A stretch of DNA of 33,667 nt, from positions 29,297,427 through 29,331,093 of the forward strand of contig NC_068998.1 in assembly GCF_001194135.2 (NCBI RefSeq), read 5' to 3'. Of the stretch, positions 1 through 11,769 are shown one piece after another. This stretch comes from Octopus bimaculoides (lineage: Eukaryota). Made by a program: the position numbers and the translations under genes. The stretch's first letter is position 1, and each line of letters begins with the position of its first letter. Below the pieces are notes generated by a model. The model had not been told where the DNA came from and did not search any database. It saw nothing but the letters and a program-made list of their open reading frames with translations.

Positions 1-40
1 ATGTATATATATATATATATATATATGTATATGTGTGTAT
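1..40. repeat. (TA)n/(TG)n microsatellite
   Basis: Direct reading: atgtatatatatatatatatatatatgtatatgtgtgtat. Confidence 0.95.
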
Positions 41-252
41 ATGTTTGTGTGTCTGTGTTTGTCCCCCCAACATTGCTTGATAGCCGATGGTGGTGTGTTT
101 ATGTCCCTGTAACTTAGATGTTCGGCAAAAGAGAGCAATAGAATAAGTACTAGGCTTACAAAGAATAAGTCCTGGGGTCGATTTGCTCGACTAAAGGCGG
201 TGCTCCAGCATGGCTGCAGTCAAATGACTGAAACAAGTAAAAGAGTAAAGAG
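41..252 (+). mobile_element. 3' body/tail of a tRNA-derived SINE family (copy 1)
   Basis: gtctgtgtttgtcccc...gaataagtactaggcttacaaagaataagtcctggggtcg...ggcggtgctccagcatggctgcagtcaaatgactgaaacaagtaaaag recurs at 253-486, 14215-14358 and, reverse-complemented, at 14680-14850 and 29907-30110. Confidence 0.8.
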
Positions 253-486
253 TATATGTGTGTGTGTGTCTTTGTGTCTGTGTTTGTCCCTCCATCAACA
301 CTTGACAACTGGTATTGGTATGTTTACATCCCTGTAACTTAGCAGTTCGGCATAAGTGAGTGATGGAATAAGAACCAAGATTTAAAAAAATAAGTACTGG
401 AGTTGAGTCATTCAACTAAAATTGTTAAAGGTGGAGCCCCAGCATAGCCACAGTCTAATGACTGAAACAGGTTAAAGATAAGATTA
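253..486 (+). mobile_element. 3' body/tail of the same SINE family (copy 2, more diverged, head-to-tail with copy 1)
   Basis: Aligns by eye to 41-252 (tgtgtctgtgtttgtccc...cctgtaacttagcagttcggc...atgactgaaacagg). Confidence 0.75.
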
Positions 487-541
487 CAAAAAGCCTTCAC
501 TGTTCTTAATAGAAATATACTAGTAGCCTTTACAATACCAA

Positions 542-960
542 TTACACTAAATATACTTTCTTCCACCTTTTCAAATCAAGATTAGTATACAGCGTAGAAA
601 AATCATAAACATACATGATCATAACTACTTTGACTCTTTGCAATTTGTTTAAAAATTTGTTACTGGATCTTGTACTCCAAAAAAGGCTTACTTCAGAATT
701 GCTAAAGATTTGTTTGCAGTAGCTCATAAAGTATGACCTAATCATATTTAAAGCTTCATTAAGTGGTAAAAATAGTTGTTTGTTAGTACATTTTCTAGTT
801 CCTACAATAAATCTACTTTTATATGATACCTTGTGCAGTTTACGAATGGAAAAAAAATTGGGTATAACCATATTTTTCTCTTCCTCATTGGAACCACTCA
901 ACTTTTCGCCTTCAGAAACTAATATCCTTATTACCTCAATAGCCAATCACCAATTAAATA
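542..960 (-). mobile_element. Penelope-like element reverse transcriptase fragment
   Basis: ORF 542..946(-) contains IRKLHKVSYKSRFIV, ...FWSTRSSNKFL... and YDFSTLYT, matching the PLE RT pattern (PKLHK-PYKSRFI, W...NS, F/YDFSTLYT). Confidence 0.75.
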
Positions 961-990
961 AATTGTGTTAAATGCTCAAAAGGCTCCCTT

Positions 991-1830
991 CTATACATGA
1001 GTGACTGACTTGCTACCATATCCAAGAAACCCCTTTCTTATGCAGATGACATAAGCTTTCATTTCCCCCTAATATTCTTCAAACATGTATTATCCACTCA
1101 CAATCTTGATACTACATGCCAAACACACATTGAATTCGTGAATAGAGACCTTTAAAGCATCCTCAAATGGAGAGATGTCATTCAAAAGTAAGACAACACA
1201 ACTCCTACTCATACCAATGAAACATCATTGCACCACCTGCCACTTAATTATAAACAACAGCCATCTGGAGCCCTCAAAATTACTTTAACTGTTGGGTCTC
1301 TCTATCACCAATGATCTATCCTACCAAAAGCATATTTCTAACATAGGTTTGCATCCCAATAACTAACCTGTCTCTTCAGAGCCAGAACATACCTCATCTT
1401 TTGAGAATTATTTACATTCTAGAGAGCTCAGCTGAAGCCCACAACTGAGCATTGCTCTCACATGTGAAACAGTGCTGCCACTATACGGACAGCTTAGAGT
1501 GTATCCATAAAAGGGCTACCTGACTGATTATCCTAAAGTCACACAAAGACATGATCCAGCCTTTTACCTACAGGTATGCAGTATTCTCTCTCTCGCTCTC
1601 TTTCCTACTATACTATAATGGCCTTTGCTCCTTAGAGCAAGCTGGGCTCATATCACCTTCATTCATACATTCCTGTCCCCTAATCTCTCCTCTTCTCACC
1701 CTCTTTGTTTTTTTCTAACTCCCCAGGACCATTACAGATCACAACACTCACTCCTCCTTTCTCTAGAATGTCAGCACTCTGGAATTACCCCCTGGCTTAT
1801 GTCATTCCCACAGGTACAAGAGAAATATTG
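991..1830 (+). mobile_element. Degenerate CR1/L2/Jockey-group LINE, RT C-terminal part
   Basis: YADD at 1039-1050; downstream broken frames give NRDL*SILKW, LLGLSITNDLSYQKHISNI, LECIHKRAT*LI and FSRMSALWNYP (cf. FFxRTxxLWNxLP). Many stops and frameshifts. Confidence 0.65.
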
Positions 1831-1959
1831 ATAGTGTCAATCTCACTAGTAAACGAAAAAAGAATGTATACATTACATGAACAATAACTCAATAATTTTA
1901 GAAAAAAGAAAGAATTCTTAGGTCCTATTTGATTAATAAGCAAACGGAAAAAAACTTAC

Positions 1960-2005
1960 TTGCTAACTTGCGGCTTCTGAGAACAACTGTATCAAGTTCT
2001 TCTAT
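1960..2005 (-). CDS. Internal coding exon of an unidentified host gene (IEELDTVVLRSRKLA + 1 nt; phase 0 to 1)
   Basis: Minus strand reads ctatctttatag|ATAGAAGAAC...AAGTTAGCAA|gtaagt; 46 nt, open frame, phase matches the upstream 150-nt exon. Confidence 0.7.
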
Positions 2006-2009
2006 CTAT

Positions 2010-2011
<2 letters not shown>

Positions 2012-2080
<69 letters not shown>
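2012..2080. repeat. (GATA)n(GACA)n compound microsatellite, with degenerate purine-rich continuation to about 2250
   Basis: Direct reading. Confidence 0.95.
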
Positions 2081-3249
2081 ATGAAGGGATCAATAAATAA
2101 ATGAACAAAAAGATAGGTAGGTAGATGGTTAGGTGGGTGAGTTGTTGAGAGGATAAGTAGAGAGACAGGTAGACAGGTAATAAAAGGATTGAAAAATTGA
2201 CAGATAAACAGCAGACAAAAATAAAAAATAAAAGGAAAAGAGAAAGATGGCTACATAGATTCACTAAATGCAAAACATTTTACCCACAAATTTGTATTCT
2301 CAAAGACAGTTTTGATTAGAACAATTATGAACTGTGTTGCCTGTATTTACTATAGTATAAGACTATTAGAGAAGTGTGCGAATAAAGATAAATGTATGGA
2401 TGTGTAAAACTATATTGTGGTGATATTGCCCCAGTGAGTTGGAGTCACAACCCAGTTCTTATTTCTAACTAAATTTTCCATTACACTGGTTTGTGGGTTA
2501 TGTCCTTGTCTATAGACTGAAAAGGTTGACTTCTTGTCAGTCAAGGAAAAATTTGTACTGACTGAATAAATACTTCACAACACATTTTCATTGTCATTTC
2601 ATATATCAATAATACCACTGTTTTCCTAACTCCTGTATTGCAGCGAAACATACACTGAATGTCCATAATGCTACCCATATCAAATCACACACCAAACAAG
2701 TGAACAAATGAATGTCTACATTCACACAATACTATCTCCTTCTCTCTCTCATTTCTCCCTCCTACCCCCAAAATGCCACACATCAAATTTCCTTAACTAT
2801 CATCGCTTAGCTATCTACCACTTTCTCACCTTTTTTACTCACCATTCTATTACATTTATGGTCTGCTCCTCTCTCATCACTATCTCTTCTGCCTGGTAGA
2901 GTTGTAGCAAGGCTTCTGCCTAGTTTCAAACCACTGTACTCAGATTACCAGTTTAGAAGCATGACATAACTATATTTCCATCAAAGGCAAGACTAGCTAC
3001 AAGAAATTAACTATACTGCCACAAAAGCCACAAATACCAATGTGAACATAATTTGATTAATCAGTATCAGCTGGTATCTAACCCCAAAATGCAACATATC
3101 TGAAAGAAAGTTGTGTGAAATTCTCGCCTATGTTCTGGAAGTTTTGCTAAAAGTTATAAAGAGCTAAGATATTGAACAAGACAGAATGGCCTCAAATGCT
3201 ACATTGTTACCCTGAGAGGTGTTCTCACTTTATCTACTTCTTCAATCTT

Positions 3250-3600
3250 TAACAATTGCAAGTAGTTATAATTAATGAAAATATTTCACTTCCAGCTTCC
3301 TCTACTTCTCTATCACTTCAGAGTTAGTGGCTTTCTCTAAGTTTACTAAAGACAAGATTCAGATCCTCCTGGAGAAGATGGAATATTTTAAAACACTTTG
3401 TCTTTCCATTCATTCAACTTCCCATTCCAGAAATTCAGCACAAAAATACTCCTCTAGTTCTTGTAGAACCCACACAGTTGGTATCATGATATACAAGCAT
3501 GTTCCTTCCATTATGCTTCTAAGCAACAGGAAAACACGAATGTCAAGAATCAACAGTGACTACATTGCCTGGCAGTTCTTTAGTACATTGAGTATTTTGT
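3250..3600 (-). mobile_element. Highly decayed RTE-type RT fragment
   Basis: Minus frame gives RRI*ILSLVNLEKATNSEVIEK*RKLEVK, resembling LYxAFVDLEKAFDRVPRxxIWWxxRKLGV seen in the RTE copies of this window. Confidence 0.3.
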
Positions 3601-3829
3601 TTTCAATACTTCTTCAAAATCTCATTTTGTTGTGGATACTAGTGCTGATCAGAGCTTATTTTCTTCATCATCTTGGTCTCCTGGTTGATTTATAACACCA
3701 AAGATTAATGGATTCTGTGACAAATTTATGGAATTAATTTGAAATTGCACAAAAATAATTAAAAAGCGCTCCTTGACATTCAACTGTTCATGTACACTCC
3801 ATTGTTTTTGTTTGCATTAGGCAAGTAAA

Positions 3830-4000
3830 ATGTTTCAATATAGCAGCTGACCGGCAAAGTGAGATTGTAACTAAAAAAAAAGCAGGCCATAGCACCAAAG
3901 ACATGGCTTCAAAAGTTGGTGTTGATCACAAAACAATCTATAATGTCATGAAGCACTACAGTGAGACAGGTTCAGTCAACAGCAAGCCCATTCTTCAAAT
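3830..4000 (+). mobile_element. Tc1/mariner-superfamily transposase N-terminal HTH fragment
   Basis: Frame reads ...RQSEIVTKKKAGHSTKDMASKVGVDHKTIYNVMKHYSETGSVNSKP, a typical Tc1-type DNA-binding N-terminus; nothing recognisable follows. Confidence 0.6.
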
Positions 4001-4539
4001 AAAACCAAATAATGACATACATACATATTGGCCTCTTTTTAGTGGTGTTTGCTCACAGCCAGTCACATACTTATATGAGATTTGTTGCCCATGATATAAA
4101 GGAAACAATGAATAAACGTTCACTGGTATAGTGAATATCTGCCTGAATCTGACATTCCTGCTAGACGCTGCAAGAATGATTTTTGCCTCCCTCCATTATA
4201 CTGTTGTTAAACACAGGATATCTATAAGAGACATTATCTCTGGACGAATAACATAGTAAATTGCTTTTTAACGGTTCATTTACATTACATGTAATACATA
4301 GATGGTTATTTTAACTTAGAACTGTTGCATATAACAGATGTATATTCAGCTGGGAAGCAATTCGAAATTGTAGTGAACGTGTATTAATTGTTTTGTTTGT
4401 ATTGGAGGTGACAAATCTCGTCTCATTTGGCTGTAAAGTATACGTCATTAATATGAGTCAATTAGGCTAAAATGCATCTGGTGTCCTCCCTGCCCTCTGC
4501 AGGGATGAATTTTGCCACCCCCCTAGGATGAAACAATTG

Positions 4540-5459
4540 GTGGGTGTCATCTGAAAGAGAGTGTCATGAAATCTATGGTGGAGTATGTGGAAAATGGCTA
4601 AAAGTCTTGATATCTCCCAGACAACCATATGATGGGTCACGCATGAAGACTTAAATTGAAAGTCATTAAAATTGCAACGTTAACACCTAATTTTGGCTGC
4701 TTCCAAAGAAAGAAAATGGTGAAAGAGATTCAGAACGCCAGTGACAATGTCTTCATCTGGTCGGATGAAAAGATATTCACCACGTAGGCTGTAGTGAACA
4801 CCCAGAATGACAGGATTTTGTCCATGAGGTTGGATGCTGTTCCCACAGGTACCTGTAAGATATCTCACCAAATGAAACTCACTGAAGCGATGGTTTGGGC
4901 AGCAATGCCATCCGATAGTGGAAAATCTGCTCTGGTGTTCATTAAGGAAGGGACAATTTACATGAAATTGTTGGAGGGTAATGTTTTGCCATGGGTGACC
5001 GAAGCATTTGGAGATAATTATTTGTTCATGCAAGGTGGTGCTCCTTCTCATATGTTCAATGTGACATAGAAGTGGTGCAGGAGCCATTTCAGCGGGTTCT
5101 GGAACAAGAATGTGTGCCCACCCACTCCAGCCCAGAAGTCAACCCTATGGACTTCACTATTTGGTCCATTCTAGAAAGTGACGTTTCAAGAGATTCCTAT
5201 AAAAATATCACTGCTCTGAAAAAAAGCCTTAGTTACGTTCTGGGATCGTTGAAAAGAAGTCGTCCAGTGTTTGTGTGATTCTTTTCTTGGCTGTTTACGA
5301 AAGATTGTGAAGGCTAAAAGTGGACATATTGAATGAAATACATCTTGATATGTTACATGACCATATTTAGTTAAATCCTTAAGAACTTGTGTGTTTTATG
5401 CCCTTTGCTAAAAATTATGACTAAAAATCAATTGGGAGTTCTTTATGGTGCACCCTGTA
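4540..5459 (+). mobile_element. maT-like (DD37D) Tc1/mariner transposon remnant with right TIR
   Basis: IWSDEKIF, NTQNDR, MVWAA, VLPW, MQ[G]GAPSH and SPEVNPMDF motifs; 37 residues between the mutated second D and the NPMD aspartate after one frameshift correction; stop at 5334-5336; terminus ...ggtgcaccctgta (reverse complement TACAGGGTG) at 5459. Confidence 0.8.
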
Positions 5460-5689
5460 CAGTATTAGTACAAAAACTACTACCATAAATACTCTTTTTT
5501 TGCTTCATTTTTTTTTTTGTGGCTTCTATATCTAACAGTTTCAGTTGATTTCTCATAGAAATAACTTCTGTCTTCAATAGCAATTAATGCTGCATTGTGG
5601 AATTCATTTCTTAGTTGATTTCTGGATATCACTTGCCTGATTTTTACTGATAGAAGGCTATTACATTCAACACACCATATCATTAAGAC

Positions 5690-6830
5690 TGAACCTCCTG
5701 TTTCTGCTCATCATAGATGCCTTGTTCCAGCTAGATGGAAAATTGCGAAGAAGACTTTAATACTCTCAATTACTGTCTTATTTATACATGGGACAAGAAA
5801 TAATGGAATCACAAAAAAAAAAGAAGCATTGAAATTGAAGGTTATCTTGATATATGATTTCACAATGTTCTAACTTGGCAAGAATGCTATCATTTAAGTC
5901 TTTTTCTTCATCAAAACTATGGTCCCACATTCTTTCTTGACTTTCAAAATGTTGATGGTCATTTTTGCACTTCTTATAGGGAAGCATCTTTAGATAAGGA
6001 TTGTTACAGGATGATAATCATTAGATGGTAGTTATGTCAGAGGCTTCAGTGTTTTGCGAGGGAAGGAAGCACTGTTTGCTATTCTACTCAAAAACTGTGA
6101 TTTAGATGATCCAGTATCAATATGGTTAAAGAATTGAAATGATTATGCAGAAGATTACAAATACTAGATTTAGTTGCAATATCCTGGTAGGTAAATATAA
6201 TACAGTGATGAATTCCACAATGTAGCATTAATTGCTATTGAAGACTGAAGTTGTTTCTATGAGAGGAAATGAATTGCATAAGTATGGACACCCACATACC
6301 AATCAATCTGAAATTGATAGTCCAACAGGAGAACTATTAAAAGAAACTTGCCACAACAGTGAAGATGCCTTAAGAAATGGTAGTGAAAATGAACCCAAAC
6401 TGCTGTCTAAATAAAATTCCTTCTACAAAGCTGTACTTGAAAGGGTTTTTTTTACTAAAGAGAAGGACTTTTCTAGTCTTCATGCTCTTGCAGGAGCTGG
6501 CTAAATATTTTTGGCTAAATATTTTTTATTTGCCAAAGTGCAACAAAAGGAAAATATAGCACTGGTTGTTGCTTCTTCAGGTATCATTTTCTGGAAAAAG
6601 AAGAGTCCACTCTACTTCAAAATGTCCTTGAATTTAGCTAACAATTACACACCAATTTGTAATATTAGCAAAACATCTGGGATGGGACAAGTAGTAAGAG
6701 CTGTCATCTCATTGTTTGGGATGAGTGTATGATGGCAAACAAAAAGTCTTTGGAAGCTCTGAATTGAATCTTGCAAGATCTATGAAATTCTGAAGTGATG
6801 TTACCACTATACCATCAGGAGACTTTTTCC
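5690..6830 (+). mobile_element. Helitron RepHel pseudogene fragment (PIF1-like helicase N-terminal part and preceding linker)
   Basis: LFAILLKNCDLDDPVSIW near 6070-6125; decayed Walker A LHALAGAG*IFL near 6478-6515; AKVQQKENIALVVASSGI; CNISKTSGMGQ; frameshifted LIVWDEC and ANKKSLEALN. Confidence 0.8.
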
Positions 6831-6899
6831 AGACTTTTCCTATAATTCCAAAGAGTGTAAAGCAGATGAGTTAATAGTGTACTTGAGTTGTCTTATTTG

Positions 6900-7878
6900 T
6901 GAAGACATACAAGAAAAATGAGCCTAAGAAAATGAGAAACACACAGTAGTCGTTGTAAGCAATATCATGTGTTCTGGTGCATTGTCCTGTTGAAACAAAA
7001 TCAATTTTGTCAGTTTTCCTGGGCATTTGGTCTTGATAGCCTATTGTAACTGCCTCAGTAAGTTGGCATAGTACTTGACATTGATAGTCAAGAAGCAATA
7101 ATGCCTTTTACATCCAAAAAAACTGAGACCATCACCTTCCCTGCAGATGAAATGACCTTGGCCTTCTTTTGGAGCAGGTGAGGAGGCGTGTTTCCACTGC
7201 ATGGATTGTCTCTTTGTCTCTGCTTCAAAATGATGAACCCAACACTCACCCAAGCTGAGGAAACATTCAAGGCAACTAGCTGGATATATGCCTCAAACAA
7301 TGTTAGATATTCCTACGATGTCATCAGCCTGGTGCACTTTTGATCAGGTGTCAGATGTGGCACCCACCGAACAGAAACCTTTGTCATTGTGCAGAATATC
7401 CTTAACTCTCTCATGGGATATGCTAATAGCATTGGCTATTTGATTTATCATTAATTACCTGTTATCCATCACCATGTGGTGAACATGATCAATGTTTTTC
7501 TTGGTAGTGGTGGTTGCAAGACATTATCCTCAAGATTCTCCCTTCCCCTCCTAAATTCAGCAACCCACTTTTGCACTGCTGATAAAGTTGGAGTATCAGC
7601 TCCTAATGTAGCAACCAAGTAAGCATGAATGTCCTTGGGGGCCTAATCCTTTTTCTGCAGGTACTTGATAACACCATGATGCCAAATTTTGTCCATTTTC
7701 AAGAAAAATCACTACCAGTTACTTTTGAAGTCTTCTTTGAACAGTCAAATATCAAATTACTTGGAAAGAAACAATGCAGTTATTAATAAGAAGAGTTGAA
7801 ATTAATGCATGCAAGAATTCACAGCTCTAGCATCTCTCCTCCATAGTCGGTCTATGAACTTTTCAGCCCAACCTTGTA
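6900..7878 (-). mobile_element. mariner (DD34D-type) transposon remnant, 3'-truncated
   Basis: Start MDKIWHHGVIKYLQK at 7696; WVHHFEAETKRQSMQWKH, KAKVISSAGKVMVSVFLD and FQQDNAPEH; TIR-like tacaaggttgggctgaaaagttc on the minus strand ending at 7878; no left-hand TIR found. Confidence 0.85.
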
Positions 7879-8029
7879 AAGTTGATTTATCGTTTTCAAT
7901 GCACATCCTCAGTTCCTCCAGACTCTGAAAAATTACCATGCTAGTCATTTAGTATTCTAATAATATTGCTATAGTATTTATAGAAATGATTAAGATCTTT
8001 AGAATTTGTTTTACCTTTCTTTCCAGCTT

Positions 8030-8378
8030 GGGTAGCCATGTATTTCCTCTACAGTAAGACACCTGTTCCTTTATCAAACTTTAACTGCCCAATACCTGGC
8101 ACAAAGCCACCTCTCCCAATACTATCCCATCCCCACTCTCAGTCAGTCGAGAGGTCTTGTCCTGCAAGTTACATGGTCATCTCACAAGTGTCAGTACCAC
8201 AAAAATAGCATTTAGTACATTCTGTAAAGTGGTGGATGTCAGGAAGGCATCCAGCTGTAGAGACCATGCCAAAGCTGACATCAGACCTTAACACAGTCCT
8301 TCAGTTGGTCAGATCCTGTCAAACCATCCCACTCATGCCAGCATGGAAGACAGACATTAAATGATGATGAGGAAGAGG
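8030..8378 (+). mobile_element. Non-autonomous retroposon (SINE-like) with RTE-type 3' tail, copy 1
   Basis: Homologous over its length to 26222-26570; ends in gcatccagctgtaga...catgccagcatggaa...taaatgatgatga like the RTE 3' ends. Confidence 0.7.
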
Positions 8379-8815
8379 ATATATATTTACACATACACAC
8401 ATCATTATACCACTGGGGTATGGAGCATTTCAAAACATTATTACATATTAAAATGACGCTATACTAAAGGCTACAAATAAAGGTTCACACAAAAGGTATA
8501 AATTTAAAAGTTATGTCATTAAATCTAACAATGGATGTTATACTCTATTTTTATTGTAATCAGAGTAAATAACAGAACTACTTACAATATATAAAAGTAT
8601 TCAAATAATTTTTTTATTTTTATGAATATGGCTACAAACAGATGATACTAAGAATATTGAATACATTTATTAAGTAGATATGTGTTACAGATGGTCAAGT
8701 TAATAGACAGTTGGATTTCCATGAAAGCGTGACCAATTAGTACATTATCACTAGATGATATCTGCAGAAACCTAGACATTCAACTACATACATACAAACC
8801 AATGTGATTGTTATT

Positions 8816-8969
8816 CTCTGAGTGGTTGGCATTAGGAAGGGCATCCAGCTGTAGAAACTCTGCCAAATTAGATTGGAGCCTGGTGTTGCCATCCGGTTTC
8901 ACCAGTCCTCAGTCAAATCGTCCAACCCATGCTAGCATGGAAAGCGGACATTAAACGATGATGATGATG
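8816..8969 (+). mobile_element. Severely 5'-truncated RTE LINE 3' end with (GAT)n tail
   Basis: Closely similar to 24843-24990 and 31722-31868. Confidence 0.85.
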
Positions 8970-9184
8970 TATATATATATTTCTTTTTTAATGTGCATGT
9001 TGAATTTTCACCACCTGTCCCTGTTTTACTAAATTTAGCTTTGGCAATAACATTTCCAAAAGTTCTCACATTTATCTTTTGCTTTTATATCACTTAGGTT
9101 TCATTTGCAAATAAACTTTAATAGAGAGTCTAACCTGAAAGTGTCTAGAAATAAATATTTTTATAGAAACATCAAAATACTTAC

Positions 9185-9334
9185 ATCATCTTCACTCTTG
9201 GCACTGTGAGATTGTAAGATTGATCTGTCTTTACTGCGGTCTTTATTGGATAGTTGAGATTGTTCACTAATATTGAGATTCATTTTTTTCTTATTTACAA
9301 TATTGGTAAAAAATGCTGAACTAGGGTCAAAATC
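9185..9334 (-). CDS. Internal coding exon of host gene (DFDPSSAFFTNIVNKKKMNLNISEQSQLSNKDRSKDRSILQSHSAKSEDD; phase 0 to 0)
   Basis: Minus strand ttttactacag|GAT...GATGAT|gtaagt; exactly 150 nt with no stop, in unique sequence. Confidence 0.85.
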
Positions 9335-9864
9335 CTGTAGTAAAAGAACTTGTATGGTTAAAACAGAGCAAGGAAAATTACAACAAGCTAAATTACAACA
9401 AAATTAAGAGGAATTAAGGATAGCATGGATTTGGAAAGAAAAAATGAAGAATATGCTACTATGCTTAACATCCAGTTGTTTTTAATGACCCAATATTGCA
9501 AATTTAAATCATTTACTAAAATCAATTTGTTGGAATTAATTATGAAAACAAATTTTCACAAGAATCATCAAGAACATAAAAAGAAAGAAAACGAAGAAAA
9601 AAATCACTAATAATCTACCAAAGAAAATATGTATAGAAGTTTGTTGTATGTTTATAGTTTGATGTTATATAGTGATGTAACATAAATATAGAAAAGAAAA
9701 CCAAAAAGCTAGTGCTTTAGATGTGAAGTTTCTTAAGGTTTTTATTCTACATCGTGTTTGATAATCACTTGTAAGTCTCACGGTCAGAAACAGTGAAACA
9801 GTGATTGACCTGTTTGATATCAGTAACCAATACCACTAATCACAAAATGCAATAAAAAGTAAAA

Positions 9865-9955
9865 CAAGGCCTTGGCCCAAGCTACACACAATGTGGTCAA
9901 ACCTGGAACTACAAGATCATGAAACAAAGTTTTTAACTTGAAACCAGTATAATTT
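9865..9955 (-). mobile_element. Decayed tRNA-derived SINE head
   Basis: Reverse complement (ggtttcaagttaaaaactttgtttc...gttccaggtttgaccacattgtg...cttgggccaagg) resembles the head at 15140-15239. Confidence 0.35.
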
Positions 9956-10213
9956 TACTGAGATTTGGAGAACAACTGTTAGCTACTTTCATTGTAACTT
10001 GATTTACAATATGTCTTTAGATTGACAAAATTTTAAAATGTGAAGATTAGACATGAATATTTTATTAAATTAAATTGTAAAGTTGCATAATATTGCTAGA
10101 GGTATAGTAGCCATACACGCACACACATGTCCAATAAGATTGTAATGTACTTAAGTATAAACCATATTTAAATGCTGACTTATGGGATACTCTATATGTA
10201 TACATAAATATGT

Positions 10214-10214
10214 G

Positions 10215-10246
<32 letters not shown>
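10214..10246. repeat. (CA)n microsatellite
   Basis: Direct reading. Confidence 0.95.
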
Positions 10247-10248
<2 letters not shown>

Positions 10249-10809
10249 TGAGAAATGATTAAGATTCAGTTGAATTAGGTGCTTAAATTGAAGCACCAAG
10301 TGAGTTCGGTATAGTCCATGCAGTCCGAAGTTAGGTGAATAAAAAGCAAATAAGTAACAAGGATATCCAGGCATCAGTGCATAATGGCCGTTTCAAGTGG
10401 CTCCATTTAATCGATCAATGAAAACATTGCATCAATTTGAAATAAATTGCTTTCCTCGGGTGCAGACAAAGACATAGATTTCCAACATAAAGGATAAACC
10501 TTTACTTTTTAGCAAATCTGCATCAGTACAAGAGATTAAAATAATTACACTGTCTCCCTTTGCTATTTTTGTGACAGAATGAATTTAAACTCTCCAAGTA
10601 GAAAGGAAAAATACAAAAAAACCATTTTGACTTAGCCAGACCATACAGGCTAGTAAATAATTCTAAGCTGATTTTTAACTGTCACTGATTTTATTTGTTT
10701 TTTTGTTTCTGATTTATGGATCATCTTATCAGACCTAGTGATTCAAAGCTTAAGAGGGCACTGGCATTTTCTTTGTAGGGAAAGGGAAAGGGGTAAACAG
10801 TATAGACAG

Positions 10810-10985
10810 TAAACATGGATGATATAGTTATAAACATGGATGATATAGTTATAAACATGGATGATATAGTTATAAAATTTCTTCTATAAACATGGATGAT
10901 ATAGTTATAAAATTTCTTCTATAAACATGGATGATATAGTTATAAAATTTCTTCTAAACCCTAAGAAATTTTATAACTATATCAT
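10810..10985. repeat. Tandem array of 21-bp and about 35-bp units ending in a perfect 23-bp inverted repeat
   Basis: taaacatggatgatatagtta repeated, later copies extended by taaaatttcttcta; arms 10931-10953 and 10963-10985 are exact reverse complements. Confidence 0.9.
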
Positions 10986-11510
10986 TCAACGGAAAATATG
11001 GAGATATCGAGAAAAAGAATGAATGAGATACAAAAGCATGTGGTGTATGAGAATAAATAGAATATTTCTGTATCCCAAACCGAAAGCGGCGATTCTGAAG
11101 AAATAAAGCAGCGATAGCAACAGCAAAGACGATTTTACATTGGAATGAAGTAAAAACTTTAAAAATGTTTTTATTAGCAATTTTTCTGAGGAGATGGGGT
11201 CTATCCATAGTCTTTCTTAGGAAGTGAAACTGTTGGACTTTTATTATTTTAACAAATTGTTACGCAGAATGTAAACAAACAGCATATGCCAGGAAGCCCA
11301 CGAAATGGGGGATCAAAGTTTGGAAAATTTGTGAAACAAATATTGGGTACTGCTGTGGATTTAGTTTTTATACAGGGAAAATAATGTTAGTCAGCATGGC
11401 CTAGGGTACAATGTGGTCTGGAATTTATCACTTCCATACCATAACCAGGGCCATATATTATTTTTTCACCGATTTTTTTTAGTTCGGTCAAACTTGCAGT
11501 GGATTTAGGT
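10957..11510 (+). mobile_element. piggyBac transposase remnant
   Basis: About 11295-11500 reads KPTKWGIKVWKICETNIGYCCGFSFYTGK...HGLGYNVVWNLSLPYHNQGHILF...SSVKLAVDL; acidic Ser-rich stretch (TESGDSEE, SDSNSKDDF) near 11080-11145. The 5' boundary is a guess. Confidence 0.75.
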
Positions 11511-11769
11511 GGATTCCAGTATTTCAGTTTATTTCACCTTTATGGTACACCTGTTCTGTTGTGCATTAAATTCAACTGATAATCTAGTGATATGCACAAT
11601 TCTTCTATATCAAAATTTTGTTGCATACCCAATTGAATATTAGCTGATGATTCATTTTCTATGGTGATGTTTAAACAAAATTTTAATATTTTTACCTTTT
11701 GCTCAGTTTACCTGTACTTAACTGTAATTAGAATCACTTTGAGACAAAAGGTATGCAATAGAATTGATT

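Noticed and set aside
3327-3695. 122-aa plus-strand ORF
   Set aside because: No recognisable motif or splice signals; the opposite strand looks like a decayed RTE.
8014-8050. Minus-strand exon candidate (EIHGYPSWKE)
   Set aside because: Mostly inside a dispersed repeat also present at 26222, with a poor acceptor.
10250-10800. Apparently unique non-repeat stretch with a plus-strand gtgagt
   Set aside because: No convincing acceptor/donor pair or open frame; cannot be called an exon or enhancer from sequence alone.
10954-10962. ctaaaccct resembling a plant-type telomere repeat
   Set aside because: Single occurrence in a hairpin loop; better explained as a transposon end or chance.
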